24,881 bases of DNA from Candidatus Caldarchaeales archaeon (GTDB lineage: Archaea; Thermoproteota; Nitrososphaeria_A; Caldarchaeales; Calditenuaceae), in contig JAVVGN010000005.1 of the NCBI GenBank assembly GCA_032249095.1, positions 1-24,881 on the forward strand, written 5' to 3'. Positions 22,810 to 24,881 of this stretch are shown one piece after another; within the stretch, counting starts at the first letter, position 1, and the number at the start of each line of letters is the position of its first letter. The notes under the pieces are model-generated. The model was not told the DNA's origin. It saw only the letters and a program-made list of their open reading frames with translations, and searched no databases. A program made the translations under genes and the position numbers.

Positions 22810-23176
22810 CTACGTTAGGTTTAAGACGCCTTCGGAACTCGCAAACGCGACGCTCGAACTCGTCAAGATGGCGAGGGAGACGGGTAAGGTCAAGAAGGGT
22901 GTTAACGAGGTTATAAAGTCTGTCGAGAGGGGCCAGGCGAAGCTGGTCGTGATAGCTGAGAACGTGGACCCGCCCGAGATAGTGGCTCTTCTGCCGTCAC
23001 TCTGCCAAGAGAGGAAGGTGCCCTATATCTATGTCCCAACAAAAGAGGCCCTTGGAAACGCCGCCGGCCTAGAAGTCTCCGCCAGCTCGGTGGCTATTAT
23101 TGACGCGGGTGAGGCCAGGTCCTATCTTGAGGAAATCTTGAAGCAACTCCAGAAGATCACTAGAGGCGGTGCCTGA
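22790..23176 (+). CDS. rpl7ae: Ribosomal protein L7Ae (eL8 family; K-turn binding)
   Basis: The sequence reads KVKKGVNEVIKSVERGQAKLVVIAENVDPPEIVALLPSLCQERKVPYIYVPTKEALGNAAG. A TATA-like AATTTATATTAAAG lies at 22745-22758, and the SD GGTGGAGGG lies just upstream of the ATG. Confidence 0.95.
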   Translation: MTPELSSYVRFKTPSELANATLELVKMARETGKVKKGVNEVIKSVERGQAKLVVIAENVDPPEIVALLPSLCQERKVPYIYVPTKEALGNAAGLEVSASSVAIIDAGEARSYLEEILKQLQKITRGGA

Positions 23177-23215
23177 GGGTTTTATAATGGAGCCTATGAG
23201 GAGTTGAGCTAGGGT

Positions 23216-23419
23216 ATGAGTAGCCAGGGCGTGCCCGCCGTGGTGGAACAGATCGTAGGCAGGACTGGTGTGAGGGGCGACGTTACACAGGTGAGGGTAA
23301 GGATATTAGAGGGTAATGACAAGGGCCGCGTGATCACGAGGAATGTGAAGGGACCAGTTAGGGTTGGGGACATACTAATATTGATGGATACCGAGAGGGA
23401 GGCCGAGAAAATCAAATAG
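23216..23419 (+). CDS. rps28e: Ribosomal protein S28e
   Basis: [27 protein letters not shown]...[27 protein letters not shown] is the classic S28e sequence. TTTTATAAT at 23180-23188 lies upstream. Confidence 0.95.
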   Translation: MSSQGVPAVVEQIVGRTGVRGDVTQVRVRILEGNDKGRVITRNVKGPVRVGDILILMDTEREAEKIK

Positions 23420-23432
23420 CCGGTGATGAGGC

Positions 23433-23624
23433 ATGCCGACGACGCACGTATGCAGCTTCTGCGGCCACACCTTCATACACGGTACAGGAATCCTCTTTGT
23501 CCGGAAGAGCGGGCAACTCAACTGGTTCTGCAGTAAGAAATGCTACGTCTACATGGTTAAGCAGGGCAAGGATCCTAGGAAACTTAAGTGGACAATGTAT
23601 TACGGCAAGGAGAGACGCGGCTAA
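23433..23624 (+). CDS. rpl24e: Ribosomal protein L24e
   Basis: CSFCGHTFIHGTGILFVRKSGQLNWFCSKKC is the L24e zinc-ribbon motif. The SD GGTGATGAGG lies 3 nt upstream of the ATG. Confidence 0.95.
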   Translation: MPTTHVCSFCGHTFIHGTGILFVRKSGQLNWFCSKKCYVYMVKQGKDPRKLKWTMYYGKERRG

Positions 23625-24040
23625 TCCGATACCTCGGCTGGGTCGAAGAATATTCTCCACTCGTATTCGTATGTCGCCGCACTGTCCGAGGCGTGGATTA
23701 TATTATCAGTAATGTCGAGCGCATAGTCCCCCCTGATGGTTCCAGGCTCAGCCTTTACGGGGTCAGTCGCACCGATCATCTTACGGACAACCTCAACAGC
23801 AGCCCTACCTTCAAGTATAGCAACCACAACCTGTTTATCGCTAACAGCGTTGATCAGGCTGGGGTAGAACGGCTTAGACTGGTGGACCATATAGAGCCTC
23901 TCGGCCAGGTCCCTTCTCATCTTCACGGACTTGAGCGCGACGATCCTGAGCCCCCTACTCTCGAACCGCGAGAGTATCGCTCCAACCAGCCCCCTCGAAA
24001 CGGCTGAAGGCTTCAGCATTATGAAAGTACGCTCCCTCAT
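23621..24040 (-). CDS. ndk: Nucleoside diphosphate kinase
   Basis: Motifs are ERTFIMLKPSAVSRGLVG, GATDP, PGTIRGDY and the active-site NIIHASDS, which is the HGSDS motif with Gly replaced by Ala. Confidence 0.95.
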   Translation of the reverse strand: MRERTFIMLKPSAVSRGLVGAILSRFESRGLRIVALKSVKMRRDLAERLYMVHQSKPFYPSLINAVSDKQVVVAILEGRAAVEVVRKMIGATDPVKAEPGTIRGDYALDITDNIIHASDSAATYEYEWRIFFDPAEVSD

Positions 24041-24064
24041 GTACAGCGTGACTAGAATGACCCA

Positions 24065-24881
24065 TCACTTAAATCCTACATCACTCCGCGTCCTCTCTCT
24101 TCCGATTACCGTGGCGACTTTCTCCTCGTCTATCTGTTGGTATTCTGAGATTTCGAGGACACTCAGGACGAGCTCCGCAGAGTAGAGGCTCCTGATGGCT
24201 TTAGAAAGCTCTAGCGCTAGCTCTGCGTTAAGTACTATAGGGAGATTGTGGTCTACGGCTGCCCTCCTCACCTCGTAATCCAGTTGCGGCGTGTATCCCG
24301 CGGTTACCACCATCCCTATTCTTCTAGACTTGATGCTCTTGACGGCTGACTCTCGATCTAGCTGGGGCAGGTTGGGGAGAGGCTGGTCTTGGAGAGTCAA
24401 GACCTCGTAGCTAGCCTCCGAGAAGTTTCTTGCCGCCTCTAGGAGGAGTTCTCCGTATTTGCTCGATTCTCCATAGATAAGTATTGGGTCCTCCTTCGCT
24501 GGAAGCCTATTCGGTGTCGCTGCGAGCCAGCTTGTCAAAAGGGCCTCGTGGAAACTTAGACCCAGGGCTGCCACCTCGCCTGTACTCCTCATCTCTGGCC
24601 CAAGGAACGGGTAGCAGTCCCTTATCTGGGCCCAGGAGAACTGTGGCGTCTTTACTCCCCAAACAGTCCGGAGTGGGGCATAAACCTCTGGGTATAGCTC
24701 GATCCACTTGTGATCAGGGTCATGCAGACCCATATTCAGCATGGCCCGAACGGAATCCTCCGCCAAATCATACCCATAGATTTTGCTGCTAAAGGGCATC
24801 GAGCGACTACACCTAAGGTTACACTCGATGACATAGACCTCTCCGTCTCTCACCAAATACTGTACGTTAAAGGGCCCCTTA
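24065..24881 (-). CDS. carB: Carbamoyl-phosphate synthase large subunit, C-terminal part (partial; continues beyond the window)
   Basis: The frame stays open to the window edge: KGPFNVQYLVRDGEVYVIECNLRCSRSMPFSSKIYG is the end of the second ATP-grasp domain. It is followed by the oligomerisation region and the MGS-like allosteric domain (PILIYGES...GMVVTAGY). Confidence 0.85.
   Translation of the reverse strand, partial: KGPFNVQYLVRDGEVYVIECNLRCSRSMPFSSKIYGYDLAEDSVRAMLNMGLHDPDHKWIELYPEVYAPLRTVWGVKTPQFSWAQIRDCYPFLGPEMRSTGEVAALGLSFHEALLTSWLAATPNRLPAKEDPILIYGESSKYGELLLEAARNFSEASYEVLTLQDQPLPNLPQLDRESAVKSIKSRRIGMVVTAGYTPQLDYEVRRAAVDHNLPIVLNAELALELSKAIRSLYSAELVLSVLEISEYQQIDEEKVATVIGRERTRSDVGFK

Noticed and set aside
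23424-23430. GTGATGA (a box C consensus) between rps28e and rpl24e, as a possible C/D box sRNA.
   Set aside because: There is no CTGA (D' or D box) or C' box at the required spacing downstream. GGTGATGAGG 3 nt before ATG 23433 is better explained as the rpl24e Shine-Dalgarno sequence.
1-24881. CRISPR arrays, IS elements or transposases, integrases, rRNA genes, toxin-antitoxin pairs and known defence operons.
   Set aside because: I found no spaced direct repeats, terminal inverted repeats, DDE or tyrosine-recombinase-like ORFs, or rRNA-like sequence on either strand. The only repeat of note is the 2 x 11-bp tandem at 18730-18751.

Overview
This is a very gene-dense chromosomal segment from an archaeon, most likely a hyperthermophilic crenarchaeon (Thermoproteota). 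The lineage call is an inference from gene content: an archaeal two-subunit PheRS, an M. jannaschii-like TyrRS, the L7Ae-S28e-L24e cluster, DGGGP synthase, an EndA subunit, archease, an intron-bearing tRNA, TATA boxes 25-35 nt upstream of start codons, and many GTG/TTG starts. I can support 27 protein genes and one tRNA. On the + strand they are a LAGLIDADG endonuclease-like ORF, a small Zn-ribbon ORF, archease, a SPOUT (Methyltrn_RNA_3/DUF171-type) RNA methyltransferase, an MFS transporter, etfB-etfA-pheA, an EndA-family subunit, DGGGP synthase, an HD phosphohydrolase, TyrRS, an M20 peptidase and rpl7ae-rps28e-rpl24e. On the - strand they are tRNA-Pro(GGG) with an intron, thrB, a PNPOx-like gene followed by a PNPOx-like::UbiA/MenA-like fusion, pheS-pheT, an NAD-dependent epimerase, class II RNR, an HTH-ThiN (ThiR-like) regulator with a small unknown protein, ndk, and the 3' part of carB, which runs off the window. 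Most of the window is ordinary housekeeping. I see no CRISPR array, rRNA, transposase, integrase or recognisable defence operon. The items most worth a second look are listed below.
- The lower-GC left edge, where a free-standing LAGLIDADG gene abuts the tRNA 3' end; this may be the border of a mobile element.
- The tightly coupled PNPOx-like plus PNPOx-like::UbiA prenyltransferase pair, transcribed divergently from etfBA-pheA across a control region with an inverted repeat.
- A K-turn-like fold that encloses the SD and AUG of rpl7ae.
- A perfect 11-bp tandem repeat between a consensus TATA box and the RNR start.
- The overlapping archease and SPOUT methyltransferase genes.
All family calls rest on motif recognition by eye and need HMM or BLAST confirmation.
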